IMG/VR virus record: IMGVR_UViG_3300032234_000384
Coordinates: 1-63,522 of that record
DNA from: a virus
Lineage: Duplodnaviria > Caudoviricetes
Direction: 5' to 3' (one strand)
Length of the DNA: 63,522 nt
Below, one piece after another: positions 62,454-63,522 of the stretch (position 1 is the stretch's first letter; the number at the start of each line of letters is the position of its first letter). The position numbers and the translations under genes are program-made. A model generated the notes under the pieces. That model did no database searches and was not told the DNA's origin. It saw only the letters and a list, made by a program, of their open reading frames with translations.

Positions 62454-63522
62454 TTACACAGAGCCAACGATTTCACTGAAACTTACACCTGTGCGTACAG
62501 CAACAAAGTTCAACTGAATATAGTTGATAGAGCGTGCAGGCTTAATGTAAATGTCACCAACAAACCTGTTAGCATCAATAACGTCACCTGTGTTATTTGT
62601 TGTATCACAAACAACACGATAGTCATAGATACCACGGCGACCTTTAACGTCACGTAGGAATGGTTCAACTAGAGCAACAAATTGAGCACGTGTAAACTCA
62701 TCATTCAATTCGAATAGAGAATACTTAGATGCTGTTGAAATGGCTTTTTCTAGCACAATAAACAATCTACGTACATTGATACGGCTAAACGCTGATGGTT
62801 GTGTTATCAGAGTCTTATCACCGTACAACATTGTACCTTGACCAGGGAAGGAAACAACTGGGTTAACACCAACGGAGTAAATTGCATCACGTTGAGCTTC
62901 TGATGGATTCCATGCCAATTTAACAACGTTCTTGATTGCACCACGGTTTACACCTGCTGGAGAGAACCAAGGATCACGTGTTTGATCTGTACGTACACAT
63001 AGACCGGCAATATCACCATTCAATGGAATCCAACGGTATACGTTGTTATACTTGTCGAATTGGTATTTCCAGCCAGAGTCTGCAACCGCATATGTTGAAG
63101 CACGTGATAGTGTTGTTACCCATGAAGTAACTGCTGTTTCAGGTGTTGCACCACCAACAATACCAGATTGTGGAGGAGACACAAAAGCGATACAATCTTT
63201 ACGTGCAGAAGAAATGGAATCAATTGCATATTGTTGAACTGTTGTGAAGTTGGAAGCACCACCTGCATCACCAGTAACAACTAGAGAAATGTCAACAATA
63301 TCTGGATTGGTAAACTCACTATAAGCTATTGTGTAGTCTGCCGCTGTCAAAGCTAGGTCTGAACCAGAAGCAAGAGATACTGTTGAACCAACGTTAGCAG
63401 AAGCCATGAAGCAACCAGAGAACGATGTATTTGCTGTTTGACCCCAAGTACCAGATGTATTTGCATTGTCTACTGGACCAAGTGCGTAAACATATTTTGA
63501 TTGATTGCGTAGAACTGTTCTG
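62454..63522 (-). CDS. gp18: Tail sheath protein gp18, partial (5' end outside the window)
   Basis: PWFSPAG..RG, GDKT, RINVRRLF, IKPARSINYI. Confidence 0.95.
   Translation of the reverse strand, partial: RTVLRNQSKYVYALGPVDNANTSGTWGQTANTSFSGCFMASANVGSTVSLASGSDLALTAADYTIAYSEFTNPDIVDISLVVTGDAGGASNFTTVQQYAIDSISSARKDCIAFVSPPQSGIVGGATPETAVTSWVTTLSRASTYAVADSGWKYQFDKYNNVYRWIPLNGDIAGLCVRTDQTRDPWFSPAGVNRGAIKNVVKLAWNPSEAQRDAIYSVGVNPVVSFPGQGTMLYGDKTLITQPSAFSRINVRRLFIVLEKAISTASKYSLFELNDEFTRAQFVALVEPFLRDVKGRRGIYDYRVVCDTTNNTGDVIDANRFVGDIYIKPARSINYIQLNFVAVRTGVSFSEIVGSV

Overview
A 63.5 kb segment of a large T4-like (Tevenvirinae-type) myophage genome, encoded almost entirely on the minus strand. From right to left it carries the tail and head module (gp18, gp19, gp20, gp67, gp68, gp21, gp22, gp23, gp3), then uvsY/uvsW, gp55, gp47/46, gp1, gp45/44/62, regA and hsp20, followed by auxiliary genes. 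Next is an ~8 kb RNA island holding 33 of the window's 34 tRNA or tRNA-like genes (all 20 amino acids; the 34th lies at 36.5 kb), a plus-strand operon of six secreted or membrane proteins, gp43, uvsX, gp40 and gp41, a sugar-modification cluster, and a block of probable internal head proteins. The most striking unexplained system is in the RNA island. A TROVE/Ro60-like vWA protein (DUF2828 type) is co-transcribed with a family of at least 8 non-coding RNAs that share a terminal helix plus a CAGCAA motif and carry circularly permuted tRNAs or isolated anticodon stem-loops. Upstream of the island is a leaderless 38-codon peptide that uses 19 of the 20 amino acids and overlaps a terminator/antiterminator switch, i.e. 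a probable general tRNA-depletion attenuator. All calls come from reading the sequence by eye; no searches or folding programs were run.
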